49,725 nucleotides of DNA, taken from contig DZBU01000005.1 of the NCBI GenBank assembly GCA_022730015.1, positions 1-49,725 of the forward strand. The letters run 5' to 3'. The notes beneath the pieces were generated by a model, which saw only the letters and a list, made by a program, of their open reading frames with translations, was not told the origin of the DNA and ran no database searches. This stretch comes from Candidatus Elulimicrobium sp. (GTDB lineage: Bacteria; Patescibacteriota; Minisyncoccia; Phycocordibacterales; UBA918). Within the stretch, counting starts at the first letter, position 1, and each line of letters opens with the position of its first letter. Made by a program: the position numbers and the translations under genes. Positions 9,460 to 21,275 of the stretch are shown in pieces.

Positions 9460-9564
9460 GTAAAACAATAGAGTTTTACACTACATTAACAGGGAGGGCT
9501 TTATTTTTGAGGTTATTTTTGTTACTATGCGGCCGGCTTCGGGAACCTGGGCCGTTTCAATATT

Positions 9565-10335
9565 ATGTTAGTTGCACACGCAGCAGAAGAGGGAATTGCG
9601 ATCCATCTGGCACCGCCAGTCTTGGGGCACTTTTTTGGTATGCCAGTCACTAGTACACTGGTGACCGCCACGGTGGTGATGCTCCTCCTCACGCTATTTG
9701 CTATCTTCTGGCGAAACAAATTAACACTCATTCCGGGTAAGACTCAGGTTGTCATCGAGATGATCGTCGGCGGAGTATATGAGTATGTAGCGGATGCGCT
9801 CGAGAACCACGAGACGGCTCGTCGATTCTTTCCGCTTATTATGACCATCTTCATCTTCGTGCTTTCAGCGAATTGGCTAGGCCTTCTCCCGGGTGTGAGT
9901 TCGGTTGGTATCTATGGTGAAAATCATGGCGAACCAGGTCTTATTCCATTTTTCTATCCTGCTAGTACCGACCTCAATATCACGCTTGGCCTAGCGCTCG
10001 TGTCCTTCTTGGTTATTGAGATCGCTGGTATCGCGTATCTCGGACTTCGCAAGTACGGCGGCAAATTTTTCAATTTCTCATCACCACTCGCGTTCCTTAT
10101 CGGTATCATCGAACTTTTTAGCGAGCTCGCTAGGCTTATCTCCTTTTCATTCCGTCTCTTTGGAAATATCTTTGCGGGCAAGACCCTCATTGTCGTAGCG
10201 ATTTTCTTCGTACCGTTCATCTTGCCGGTACCACTCTTGGCCTTTGAGCTGTTTGTTGGTTTTATTCAGGCTTTCATCTTCGCGGTCTTGACGTTATTCT
10301 TCATCAAGCTCGCCATCCAAGAACCGCAGCATTAG
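9565..10335 (+). CDS. atpB: F0F1 ATP synthase subunit a
   Basis: SFSFRLFGNIFAG with the essential Arg; ELFVGFIQAFIF. Confidence 0.96.
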   Translation: MLVAHAAEEGIAIHLAPPVLGHFFGMPVTSTLVTATVVMLLLTLFAIFWRNKLTLIPGKTQVVIEMIVGGVYEYVADALENHETARRFFPLIMTIFIFVLSANWLGLLPGVSSVGIYGENHGEPGLIPFFYPASTDLNITLGLALVSFLVIEIAGIAYLGLRKYGGKFFNFSSPLAFLIGIIELFSELARLISFSFRLFGNIFAGKTLIVVAIFFVPFILPVPLLAFELFVGFIQAFIFAVLTLFFIKLAIQEPQH

Positions 10336-10408
10336 TGGCTAACTGAAGACCTGTGGTATACCGTTGGTCTTCAGTTATCCGTTAATAATAATTCGATAAC
10401 ACATTTAA

Positions 10409-10648
<240 letters not shown>

Positions 10649-10657
10649 TTTACTCGT

Positions 10658-11110
10658 ATGCAAGAAATACTAGGCGCATTTGGTGTTGACTGGAGACTCG
10701 TCTCTGTCCAGATATTTAATTTCCTGATCCTCATCGGTGTCTTGTGGTATTTCTTATATACACCAGTATTGCGGATAATTTCTGAGCGAGAGCAGAAGCT
10801 TAAGAAAGGTGTTGAAGATGCTGATAAGGCAGCGGAGGCTCTTAAAGAAGCTGATGCGGAGAAGACCACTATCCTCAAAGAAGCACATGTTGAAGCTTCT
10901 CATATCGTAGAACGTGGCACTCGTCATGCCGAAGATAAAGAGAAAGAGATCATTGCTGAAGCGCAGGCCAAGGCTGCTCGTGAGATCGAGCGGGCTAAGG
11001 AGAACGCGGAAGAACTCAAAGCTAGAGCGCTGAAGGAGTCTGAAGCTGAAATTGCTCGCATGGCCATTTTGGCGGCAGAAAAAGTTCTCCAAAAAGAACT
11101 TTCACAATAG
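10658..11110 (+). CDS. atpF: F0F1 ATP synthase subunit b
   Basis: N-terminal TM (QIFNFLIL...YTPV) then a long charged coiled coil; operon position. Confidence 0.93.
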   Translation: MQEILGAFGVDWRLVSVQIFNFLILIGVLWYFLYTPVLRIISEREQKLKKGVEDADKAAEALKEADAEKTTILKEAHVEASHIVERGTRHAEDKEKEIIAEAQAKAAREIERAKENAEELKARALKESEAEIARMAILAAEKVLQKELSQ

Positions 11111-11112
11111 CT

Positions 11113-11505
11113 ATGTATATCAAAGATTACGTAGAAGCCACCTATGCCACGCTGGTAAAACAGCCTGGCACCAACACAGCACTCGCTTCGCTGCAGCGGT
11201 ACCTCAGTAAACGCGGACTCACTAAACTTTACCCGGCCATCTTGCGTGGTCTGGCGGAAAAAATCCGCCGTAAGCAGGTGAGCACCCTGCCGGTCGTCAT
11301 GGTCGCGAGAGAAGCAGACCTCAAGCGACACGAGATTGAGATCGTGCAAGCCCTCAGTAAGCTAACAAGTGGAGGAGAACACGAAGTACGTATTGATAAG
11401 ACCATGATTGGCGGGTTTGTGATCAAGAATAGAGACACCCGTATCGACCGTAGTTACAAGAACACCTTATTACACGCATATCACAGATTAACAGATCGAG
11501 TATGA
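11113..11505 (+). CDS. atpH: F0F1 ATP synthase subunit delta (short form)
   Basis: C-terminal [11 protein letters not shown]...IDRSY delta motif; located between atpF and atpA; only 130 aa. Confidence 0.85.
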   Translation: MYIKDYVEATYATLVKQPGTNTALASLQRYLSKRGLTKLYPAILRGLAEKIRRKQVSTLPVVMVAREADLKRHEIEIVQALSKLTSGGEHEVRIDKTMIGGFVIKNRDTRIDRSYKNTLLHAYHRLTDRV

Positions 11506-13061
11506 GTACCATCATTGAAAGAATTAAAAAGGAGCTAGAAGCCATCGAAACCACTACCGCGACCGAAGAGATCGGAACGGTCATTGCTGTCGGAGACGGT
11601 GTGGCCGAGATCGAAGGCATCAAAGACGCCCGTATGATGGAGATGGTGCTCTTTGATGATGGCGAAGGAAAGTCACTCAAGGAGAGTATGGAACATACCT
11701 CGGTACTCTTTGGACTCGTGCTCAACCTTGAAGAGGAATCGGTCAAGGTGGTGGTACTTGGTGATGGTGCTCGTGTGCGTGAGGGTATGCTTGTGCGTCG
11801 TACGGGTAAGCTCCTCAGTATCCCAGTCGGGAAAAATATTGTTGGACGAGTAGTAAACCCTCTTGGAGAAATACTTGATGGTAAGGGCGCCATCACTGCG
11901 GAGCGCGACATGCCGATTGAGCGAGTCGCCTATGGTGTGATGGAACGTTCTGCAGTGAATGAGCCGATCCATACTGGTATCAAGGCGATTGACGCGATGA
12001 TCCCGATCGGTCGTGGTCAACGCGAGCTCATCATTGGCGACCGGGCTACCGGAAAGACTGTGGTAGCGATCGACACCATCATCAATCAGAAGTACGAACC
12101 GAAGGAGACTCGTCCGATCTGTATCTACGTAGCAGTTGGCCAGAAGGATTCCAAGACCGCGCGTATCGTGCGCGAGCTTGAGGAGCACGGCGCGATGGAA
12201 TACACCATCGTGGTAGCAACTTCAGCGGCTGATCCTTCACCGCTCCAGTTCCTTGCACCGTTTGCAGGAGCAGCTATTGGAGAATTTTTTATGGAACAAG
12301 GGATGGATGCTCTCATTGTGTACGATGATCTTTCTAAGCACGCAGTGGCGTATCGTCAGATGTCGCTCCTTCTGCGCCGTCCACCAGGACGTGAAGCGTA
12401 CCCGGGAGATATCTTTTACCTCCACTCCCGCTTGCTCGAGCGCGCGGCTAAGCTTTCAGAAGAACTGGGCGGCGGTTCGTTGACTGCGCTCCCAATCATC
12501 GAGACCCAGGAGGGTGACGTGTCAGCATACATCCCAACCAACGTTATTTCGATCACCGACGGTCAGATCTTCCTCGAGACCGACCTCTTCAACAAAGGTA
12601 TCCGACCAGCACTCAACGTTGGTATCTCGGTATCGCGCGTAGGTTCTTCGGCACAGACCAAGGCGATGAAGAAGGTGTCAGGTAAGATTCGCTTGGAGCT
12701 CGCGCAGTTCCGTGAGCTTGAAGCCTTCATGCAGTTTGCTGGTGACCTCGATGAGGACACGAAGAAGCGCATCGAAAGTGGTCGTCGCTACACCGAGCTC
12801 CTCAAGCAAGATCAACATGCGACCATGCCGTTCCAGAAGCAGGTCATTTCGATCTTTGCGGCCAATGCCGGTATTCTCGATGGTGCGCCAATCGCGCAAG
12901 TGCGTGTCATCGAGCAGGAATTTCTTGCGCTCATCGAGCGAGACAAGGCTGTGTTCGAGAAGCAGATCGAGACTGAGCGAGCAATCTCTGACGAGGCAGC
13001 TGCTGAACTTACGCAGATGATCGAGGAGTTCAAGAAGACCTACGCACACCTCTACGCATAA
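11502..13061 (+). CDS. atpA: F0F1 ATP synthase subunit alpha
   Basis: GDRATGKT Walker [19 protein letters not shown]. Confidence 0.98.
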   Translation: MSTIIERIKKELEAIETTTATEEIGTVIAVGDGVAEIEGIKDARMMEMVLFDDGEGKSLKESMEHTSVLFGLVLNLEEESVKVVVLGDGARVREGMLVRRTGKLLSIPVGKNIVGRVVNPLGEILDGKGAITAERDMPIERVAYGVMERSAVNEPIHTGIKAIDAMIPIGRGQRELIIGDRATGKTVVAIDTIINQKYEPKETRPICIYVAVGQKDSKTARIVRELEEHGAMEYTIVVATSAADPSPLQFLAPFAGAAIGEFFMEQGMDALIVYDDLSKHAVAYRQMSLLLRRPPGREAYPGDIFYLHSRLLERAAKLSEELGGGSLTALPIIETQEGDVSAYIPTNVISITDGQIFLETDLFNKGIRPALNVGISVSRVGSSAQTKAMKKVSGKIRLELAQFRELEAFMQFAGDLDEDTKKRIESGRRYTELLKQDQHATMPFQKQVISIFAANAGILDGAPIAQVRVIEQEFLALIERDKAVFEKQIETERAISDEAAAELTQMIEEFKKTYAHLYA

Positions 13062-13067
13062 TCACCT

Positions 13068-13979
13068 ATGGCGCTCAAGCATATTAAAAACAAGATCAAA
13101 TCAACTGAACGTACATCCAAGGTAACTAAAGCCATGGAGGCGGTTTCGGCGGTGAAAATGCGCAAGAGTCAGGAGCGCGCGCTTGGCGGCCGACCATATG
13201 CTGAAGCAGCCTTTCGCGTACTCCAAAACATCGCACGGAGCGTTGATATCAAGCACCATACCTTCATGACTCCGGGCGAAGGGAGTCATGACTGCATTAT
13301 TGTCATTACTTCAGATAAGGGTCTGGCAGGTAGTCTCAATAGTGCGATCTTGAAAGAAGCAACGGCAATCCTTCGCGATGTTCCGAAGGAGTCAGTCGAC
13401 CTGGTGTGTTTTGGAAAGAAGTCCTACGACCATTTTTTGCGTCGCGGATACAACATTCCAAGACACTATATCAACATTACAGATAATGTTGATATCAATG
13501 CGGTAGAAGAGGCGGTTGATTTTATGGCCACTCAATTTAAAGAAGGTCGATATAAATCAGTTCGAATTGTTTTTCAAAATTTCATTTCGACTTTTGAACA
13601 GAATGCAGTTGTTCGACAGGTACTTCCAATCGATAAAGAGCAAGTTCGCTTAATGATTGATGATATTGTGCCGAAGAAAGGTAAGTATGCGGAAGAAGTT
13701 AAGCATGAGCCAATGATCATCTATACCGCAGAGCCAAGTCGAAGACGCTTATATGATCTAGTCTTCGTTATGCTCGTGGAGATCATGGTCTACCATGCGC
13801 TCCTCGAGTCAAAAGCGAGCGAGCACTCGGCGCGTATGGTGGCAATGAAGAACGCGACTGATAAGGCTAAAGAGGTTACCAAGGCTCTCACGCTTCTCTA
13901 TAACAAAGAACGTCAGAGCGTCATCACTGCAGAAGTATCAGAAATTACGGGAGGAATCGAGGCCATGAGGAACAAGTAG
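13068..13979 (+). CDS. atpG: F0F1 ATP synthase subunit gamma
   Basis: KVTKAMEAVSAVK, ITSDKGLAG, SEHSARMVAMKNAT, RQSVITAEVSEI. Confidence 0.97.
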   Translation: MALKHIKNKIKSTERTSKVTKAMEAVSAVKMRKSQERALGGRPYAEAAFRVLQNIARSVDIKHHTFMTPGEGSHDCIIVITSDKGLAGSLNSAILKEATAILRDVPKESVDLVCFGKKSYDHFLRRGYNIPRHYINITDNVDINAVEEAVDFMATQFKEGRYKSVRIVFQNFISTFEQNAVVRQVLPIDKEQVRLMIDDIVPKKGKYAEEVKHEPMIIYTAEPSRRRLYDLVFVMLVEIMVYHALLESKASEHSARMVAMKNATDKAKEVTKALTLLYNKERQSVITAEVSEITGGIEAMRNK

Positions 13980-14005
13980 CATTTATTTATAAAAGTAACG
14001 CATAG

Positions 14006-15421
<1,416 letters not shown>

Positions 15422-15429
15422 TCATCGAC

Positions 15430-15678
15430 ATGAAACAAGAAGCCGTATTTACCCTGACGATCACGAAGATCAACGAGCAACTCTTCACCGGTGAAGCGAA
15501 TGCTGTGACAGTGCCTGGGTCTGAAGGGGTGCTGACGGTCTTGGCACATCATGAACCACTCGTGAGCTTGCTCAAGACTGGGACTATCCGCGTTCGAAAA
15601 GGAGAGGAGATTACTGAATTCCCGATAGAAAAAGGCTTACTTGAGACGAGCTACAATCAAGTGACGATACTGGTGTAG
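15430..15678 (+). CDS. atpC: F0F1 ATP synthase subunit epsilon, N-terminal beta domain only
   Basis: PGSEGVLTVLAHHEPLVSLL motif; ends at VTILV with no C-terminal helices. Confidence 0.9.
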   Translation: MKQEAVFTLTITKINEQLFTGEANAVTVPGSEGVLTVLAHHEPLVSLLKTGTIRVRKGEEITEFPIEKGLLETSYNQVTILV

Positions 15679-15809
15679 GGGTTATAAAAACAACGCGCCT
15701 CCCTTAGGAAGAGGGTCGTCTTTTTAGTTCGTGCAAAATCATTACTAGAGGTATATAATCCGCCAGTTGTATTTTAGCTCTAGGATTGGGCGCCATTTTC
15801 AAGATTACC

Positions 15810-17525
15810 ATGACAACTTTGACGAGAAAGCTATTTCCCTTTATCAATTGGATCCACACGGTCGATCGTTCGGTCCTCAAGAAGGATGCTATCGCTGGTT
15901 TGATCGGCGCTATTATCGTGTTTCCGCAAGGTATTGCCTTTGCGACGATCGCCGGCTTGCCACCGCAGTATGGTCTCTATGCGGCTATAGTTCCAGCGAT
16001 CATCGCGGCACTATGGGGGTCATCGTGGCATCTTGTCTCTGGCCCGACGACGGCTATCTCTCTCGTGGTCTTTGCTTCACTTGCGCCAATCGCTGAACCA
16101 GGTAGTGAGACGTATGTTGCACTCGCCATTACCTTGGCAGCGCTGGTTGGTCTTTTTCAGTTTTTGCTTGGTATCTTTCGGTTTGGTACGTTGGTTCGAC
16201 TTATCTCACCTACAGTTGTGGTTGGCTTCACCGCTGGCGCGGGTTTTCTCATTGCTACCAGTCAGCTCAAGAATGCGCTCGGACTACCAGTGCCAGCTGG
16301 TAGTAGCTTCTACGAGACGTGGCACTATGTCTTTACGCATCTTTCCCATATCAATCTGTATATTGTAGGGGTCGTCATTATCACTCTAGCGGTTGGTATT
16401 GCGGTCCGTCGATATCTACCAAAGATACCGTACATGATACCGGCTATTTTGTTTGGTAGTATCGTCGGATTTGGATTCAATGAGCAGTTTGGCGCGGCTG
16501 TAACCGGTATTACTACCATCGGCGCGCTGCCAGTCTCTTTGCCACCGGTATCACTACCGGCTATCAATGTCGAGATCATTCGCGAGTTGTCCCTCATTGC
16601 GCTCGCGATCACACTCCTCGGACTTACCGAAGCGGTCGCGATCGGTCGTTCGATTGCTACTCGTTCCAAGCAGGTCATTGATGGCAATCAAGAATTCATT
16701 GGGCAGGGACTGTCTAACATCATCGGTAGTTTCTTTTCAGCCTATCCTTCAAGTGGATCTTTCAATCGTAGCGGTCTCAACTACGAAGCAGGTGCTAAGA
16801 CCCCACTTGCGTCAGTGTTTGCGGCATTGTTTCTCATGATACTCATCCTGGTCCTCTCTCCGCTGGCGGCCTATATGCCGTATGCGGTGATGGCGGCTAT
16901 TCTCTTTTTGGTTGCGTACGGTATTATCGACACACATCACATTTCATACATATTCAAGAGTGATAGAAAGGAATCTGCTCTCCTGATCATTACCTTTCTC
17001 GCGACGCTTTTTGTCGAGCTCGAGGAGGCGATTTTCATTGGTGTAATACTCTCGCTCGCGTTCTTTGTGCAGCGAGTAATGTTTGCGGAAGTGACCGAAG
17101 TGGGAGAAAGCAAGTACCATGAATCACTGGTTTCTTTGGACGAAGCACATGATGTGGAGCGCATCTTTGGCGTACTAATGGTTCGTATTGATATGTCGAT
17201 AGTCTACATGAACAGCGACGCGATTGTCGAGCGCGTCAATGAGCTGTTCATGGAGCGAGAGAAGATGGAGGGTAAACCAGTGCATACGCTCGTGCTTGAT
17301 TGTTCTGGAGTGAACTACATCGATATCGCGGGAATCGATGTTCTCAAAGGTCTTGTGGATAATTTACGCTCTAAGGAGGTGTCCCTTGTTATCACTGGAA
17401 CAAAACACAGGGTACGCAAGGCATTGCTGAACAGTGGCCTTTGGGATTCGTTTACCAACTACAAAAATGTTGATGCTCTTCGATCTGCGATACTCGAGCG
17501 AGTGATCAGGCTTCGTTCAAAGTAG
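15810..17525 (+). CDS. SulP/SLC26 family anion permease with STAS domain
   Basis: PQGIAFATIAGLPPQYGLY, GPTTAIS, NQEFIGQGLSN, SGSFNRS; STAS motif LVLDCSGVNYIDIAG; ATG at 15810 preferred. Confidence 0.93.
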   Translation: MTTLTRKLFPFINWIHTVDRSVLKKDAIAGLIGAIIVFPQGIAFATIAGLPPQYGLYAAIVPAIIAALWGSSWHLVSGPTTAISLVVFASLAPIAEPGSETYVALAITLAALVGLFQFLLGIFRFGTLVRLISPTVVVGFTAGAGFLIATSQLKNALGLPVPAGSSFYETWHYVFTHLSHINLYIVGVVIITLAVGIAVRRYLPKIPYMIPAILFGSIVGFGFNEQFGAAVTGITTIGALPVSLPPVSLPAINVEIIRELSLIALAITLLGLTEAVAIGRSIATRSKQVIDGNQEFIGQGLSNIIGSFFSAYPSSGSFNRSGLNYEAGAKTPLASVFAALFLMILILVLSPLAAYMPYAVMAAILFLVAYGIIDTHHISYIFKSDRKESALLIITFLATLFVELEEAIFIGVILSLAFFVQRVMFAEVTEVGESKYHESLVSLDEAHDVERIFGVLMVRIDMSIVYMNSDAIVERVNELFMEREKMEGKPVHTLVLDCSGVNYIDIAGIDVLKGLVDNLRSKEVSLVITGTKHRVRKALLNSGLWDSFTNYKNVDALRSAILERVIRLRSK

Positions 17526-17603
17526 TGTAGTCACAATAAATTTGACGTAAAATTCAGAAAATGTAGTTATCAAGCTTTGAAGAAATTTGCTACAGTTAAT
17601 AAC

Positions 17604-17984
17604 ATGACAGACGAACGCTTCGAGACTTTGGTGGATGAGTGTGTTACTGAGTTGCCACCGTGGGTACAAGAAAAAATGGTGAATGTCGCAATTGTCGTTC
17701 GACAGCGACCAACCGCAACACAGCGGCGCGAACATGAGCTTATGGAAGATGAAACCCTGTTTGGCTTGTACGAAGGCGTACCGCTGCCAGATCGAGGTGT
17801 CGAAGCGCCGCTTATGCCTGACATCATCACTATTTTTCAAGAACCAATTTTGGAGACGTACACCACTGAAGCGGATGTCAAAAAAAGTATCGGAGATACC
17901 TTGTGGCATGAATTGGCACATTATTTTGGCTACGATGAACCTTGGGTGCTTAAGGAAGAACAGTTGCGTGGGAAGTTGTTTTAG
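17604..17984 (+). CDS. Zincin-like minimal metallopeptidase (Zincin_1/DUF1025 type)
   Basis: LFGLYEGVPL, PDIITIFQEPI, HELAHYFG (HExxH). Confidence 0.85.
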   Translation: MTDERFETLVDECVTELPPWVQEKMVNVAIVVRQRPTATQRREHELMEDETLFGLYEGVPLPDRGVEAPLMPDIITIFQEPILETYTTEADVKKSIGDTLWHELAHYFGYDEPWVLKEEQLRGKLF

Positions 17985-18088
17985 TAAAGTAGATCGGTGA
18001 TGTCAGGATGCTCCATCACCCATGGGTCCGCTTGTAAGGATTTGTTATGGGTGGGGGAATGAACGTAAGAACGCCATCGAGATATTAG

Positions 18089-18114
18089 AAAAGTCACCTT
18101 TACTGGTGATTTTT
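18089..18114 (+). terminator. Intrinsic terminator-like hairpin (possibly bidirectional)
   Basis: aaaagtcacc-tttact-ggtgattttt. Confidence 0.6.
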
Positions 18115-18129
18115 CGTTATAGTGTTCAT

Positions 18130-18303
18130 ATGGGTGTACTTAAAATAATTGGATAGATTATGGTGCTATCGATGAGAGTATTTCTGGTCGTCTTTGGTGA
18201 ACATGATGATAGTCCCAATGCGCAATTTCTCGGGCTACTAATAGCTATAGCCGCTGGCATTCTTTGCCTTAAAGATCTCATTGAAGGCGTACAAGCTCGG
18301 TGA
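18130..18303 (+). pseudogene. Small two-helix membrane protein interrupted by an in-frame TAG
   Basis: MGVLKIIG*IMVLSMRVFLVVFGEHDDSPNAQFLGLLIAIAAGILCLKDLIEGVQAR*: two hydrophobic segments around a GExDDSP loop; TAG at 18154-18156. A short intact version from ATG 18160 is also possible. Confidence 0.4.
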
Positions 18304-18529
18304 AAGATCTTGGGTTGTTTGGCTTGGTATTGTTTCTTCAATTTTGATCGGATTGCTTTGGATTTTGACGATTGTCGGAGAATTTGTATTTCCGCACTAA
18401 AATTGAAGTAAGCAAAATTCAAGGTCACTGTAGTAGCGATGCCTTTACAACGCACAAAAAATAGTGCAGAATTTCGGCTGGTTTGTCGTCATGGTCATTT
18501 ACAGTAGCTAATATAGAAGGGGGTGCAAA

Positions 18530-19825
18530 GTGGAGCATGATCTATTAAGTAGTTGGGTGGGCGTTTCGGCGCTCAGTATATTCATTGTTGCGTATCTCTT
18601 CGTGATGGTTGAGGAGTACACTAAATTCCGTAAATCAAAACCTGTGCTTCTTGCCGCTGGCTTGCTTTGGCTTTTTGTCGCAATTGGTGTACAGGGCACA
18701 CCAGCCGCGGCGGAGGTTCACGAACACTTCCGCCATACCTTCTTGGAGTATGCAGAGATCCTGCTTTTCCTGATGGTGGCGATGTCCTACATCAATGTTC
18801 TTGAGGAGCGACGGGTCTTTGCGGCATTACGTTCTTACTTGGTGCGAAGTGGGTGGAGCTACCGGAAGCTTTTTTGGCTCACTGGTACGCTGGCTTTCTT
18901 CATTTCACCGGTGGCTGACAATCTCACTACAGCGCTCCTGATGGGAGCTGTTGTGGTGGCGGTCGGCGGAGCATACTCCAAGTTCATTGCGCTCTCGTGT
19001 ATCAACGTGGTCGTGGCAGCTAACGCTGGCGGAGCTTTCAGTCCGTTTGGTGATATCACAACGCTGATGGTGTGGCAGAAGGGAGTAGTTAAATTCTCTG
19101 AATTCTTTGCCCTCTTCGTCCCATCATTGGTGGTGTGGTTTGTGCCGGCGCTCATCATGTCGCGCTTTGTCTCGACCGAGCCAACAACGGCAGGGGAGGG
19201 AGAAGCCGCGGTATCGATGAAGCTAGGAGCGAAGCGTATGATGTTGCTGTTTCTGCTCACGATCGTCACGGCAGTTTTGGGTCATAACTTCCTCCATATG
19301 CCCCCTGTCTACGGGATGCTCTTTGGTCTGGGGTACATGAAGGTTTTCGGGTACTACCTCAAGATCAGGTCGACTGAAGACGGTCCGTTTGATGTGATGC
19401 ACCATGTGCAGCGCATTGAGTGGGACACGCTTCTGTTCTTCTACGGCATTATCATGTGTGTGGGGGCACTCGGGTACATTGGGTATCTCGCAGAGCTTTC
19501 GCAATTTGCGTACGGGGAACTCGACCATACGGTCGCTAACGTAGGAGTTGGTATCTTGTCAGCTATAATCGACAACATTCCAATCATGTTTGCGGTGCTG
19601 TCGATGAATCCTGAAATGAGTCATGGGCAATGGCTCTTGGTTACGCTCACGGCTGGGGTTGGTGGCTCGCTCCTTTCAATTGGTTCTGCTGCTGGAGTAG
19701 CCCTCATGGGTGCGGCACATGGTCACTACACGTTCTTTAGTCATTTGCGATGGACGCCAGTTATTGCACTTGGGTACGGTCTTGGTATCTGGGTGCATCT
19801 GGTGCTTAACGCTCATCTGTTCTGA
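18530..19825 (+). CDS. nhaD: Na+/H+ antiporter, NhaD family
   Basis: EEYTKFRKSKPV, SPVADNLTTAL, AANAGGAFSPFGDITT, SAIIDNIP, GGSLLSIGSAAGVALMG. Confidence 0.92.
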   Translation: MEHDLLSSWVGVSALSIFIVAYLFVMVEEYTKFRKSKPVLLAAGLLWLFVAIGVQGTPAAAEVHEHFRHTFLEYAEILLFLMVAMSYINVLEERRVFAALRSYLVRSGWSYRKLFWLTGTLAFFISPVADNLTTALLMGAVVVAVGGAYSKFIALSCINVVVAANAGGAFSPFGDITTLMVWQKGVVKFSEFFALFVPSLVVWFVPALIMSRFVSTEPTTAGEGEAAVSMKLGAKRMMLLFLLTIVTAVLGHNFLHMPPVYGMLFGLGYMKVFGYYLKIRSTEDGPFDVMHHVQRIEWDTLLFFYGIIMCVGALGYIGYLAELSQFAYGELDHTVANVGVGILSAIIDNIPIMFAVLSMNPEMSHGQWLLVTLTAGVGGSLLSIGSAAGVALMGAAHGHYTFFSHLRWTPVIALGYGLGIWVHLVLNAHLF

Positions 19826-19837
19826 TGTGATCTTTCG

Positions 19838-19866
19838 GCCGCTAGCTAACGCTAGCGGCTTTTTTA
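19838..19866 (+). terminator. Intrinsic terminator of nhaD
   Basis: gccgctagc-taac-gctagcggc followed by a T run. Confidence 0.85.
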
Positions 19867-19908
19867 TATATAAAAAACCCCACAAAGTGCGTGGGGATTG
19901 AATATATT

Positions 19909-20220
19909 TCAGGTTGTGACAGTCTTCACGATGCCTTTCTTCATAGCTTGGGCGAGCGTCAACTTTTTCTTTTTGGTAAACGGCCAGATTTTCACTGGAC
20001 CATAACGCCCTTCGCGATAGAACACCCGAAAGTGCAGGTTGAGTTGGCGTTCATTACACAAAAATTTTGCAACCGTTGCGTACCGACATTCCCAAAAATC
20101 ACGCTTGATCCCATCTTGGCAGAGAACGCCTTGCTTCGTCATCTCGGATGGAATTTCACCGGCCATCACTTCATTTGTGTGTGCATCGAGTGCTTCCAAG
20201 TACCAAACTTTATTTGACAC
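19909..20220 (-). CDS. Hypothetical basic protein (103 aa)
   Basis: AAGGAG Shine-Dalgarno before the GTG; own terminator (ccccac...gtgggg plus T run on the minus strand, about 19872-19897). Confidence 0.65.
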   Translation of the reverse strand: MSNKVWYLEALDAHTNEVMAGEIPSEMTKQGVLCQDGIKRDFWECRYATVAKFLCNERQLNLHFRVFYREGRYGPVKIWPFTKKKKLTLAQAMKKGIVKTVTT

Positions 20221-20336
20221 GATGTGCTCCTTCTAAAACAAGACTGTGAAAAATGTACAACAAAAATTCAATTTTGTGAAGGTGTTTGCTTTGTGCACGC
20301 CTACGATCCTCACTTGATATACCGAATTCGATGCAA

Positions 20337-20726
20337 ATGAATAATTGGTACCAAACACTTATTAAGCCAGAATGGGCACTGTCGTCTTGGTTGTTTGGTC
20401 CGGTGTGGAGTGTGCTTTATGCCATCATCGTCGTATCGTTTGGATATGTGGCGTATCCTCACTTCAAGGGAGTGATACCATTCGCGGTCTTACTGCCGTT
20501 TCTACTCAACCTCAGCTTTAATTTCGCTCTCACCCCGCCGCAGTTTGGACTATAGAGTAATGTGCTCGCAGTGATAGATATTATCTTTGTACTTGTTACT
20601 TTGATCTGGGCACCTCTAGTCATTCACCAGTATGCGCCAGTAGTCGCCTACATGAACATTCTGCACTTGTTGTGGGTCTTTTTCGCGACCGTGTTACAGC
20701 TCACCATCACGTATCTTAATTTTTAA
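20337..20726 (+). pseudogene. tspO: TspO/MBR tryptophan-rich sensory protein, pseudogene
   Basis: NWYQTLIKPEW...WLFGPVWSVLY...QFGL*SNVLAVIDI...LLWVFFATVL; in-frame TAG at 20553-20555 and decay of conserved WxPP and PYLxWxxFA motifs. Confidence 0.8.
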
Positions 20727-20788
20727 GCGCGAACGATCTGATCCAAATGAAAAACACCCTCCGGAGAGGGTGTGGGTTTTGTGAGAAG

Positions 20789-21097
20789 TTATTGGTCGTG
20801 CGATTGCGGCATGTCACGCTTGGTGACGTTGAGGTCGCGGCGATTCAAGAGATCGATCGCCATGACCTCGAAGTCATTCTTGTCGATACTGAACGCCGGA
20901 CCGCGACGGCCGGAGGGCCAAATGATATAGGTGTCGCCGATCTCGGACGAGTCGGGACTGTTGACCTGGGTTCCAGTCGACAGGGTCTTGCCATGGTGTG
21001 TGGTGATGGTGTCCGGCATGATGCTGTTCGGATCGATCATCACCGTGTTGCCATTGATGCAGATCGGGATGAGTTTCTGGTTACGGTTACCACTCAT
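20789..21097 (-). CDS. Hypothetical protein (102 aa)
   Basis: GAGGAG Shine-Dalgarno before ATG 21097; upstream TTGACT-16-TAATCT promoter; downstream terminator acaccct/agggtgt. Confidence 0.65.
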   Translation of the reverse strand: MSGNRNQKLIPICINGNTVMIDPNSIMPDTITTHHGKTLSTGTQVNSPDSSEIGDTYIIWPSGRRGPAFSIDKNDFEVMAIDLLNRRDLNVTKRDMPQSHDQ

Positions 21098-21275
21098 AGG
21101 TTTCTCCTCTTTAAAGAACATCGATCCACCATTGGATCGAGCGCACAGATTACCAGAGGAGCAAAAAAAGTCAACAGGACAACGAACAGGACTGGGTACA
21201 TCTTGTATAAAGATATTTTTTATTGTATGGTTTTCACGTTTGGACATTTTGTTCTTTTTAACTAGGAGGTGTTCC

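Noticed and set aside
9529-9556. Riboswitch in the atp leader (gcggcc...ggccgt hairpin)
   Set aside because: Only about 28 nt with a single stem and no expression platform; more likely a simple 5' hairpin.
18154-20555. Amber (TAG) recoding or alternative genetic code
   Set aside because: TAG ends core genes (atpB, atpF, atpG, greA) and TGA ends nhaD, holB and pbp2; tspO shows additional decay.
20931-21275. N-terminal extension of the 301-aa ORF, and overlapping ORF 20747-21265
   Set aside because: These are shadows of the minus-strand gene; a strong SD defines the PRTase start at 21276.
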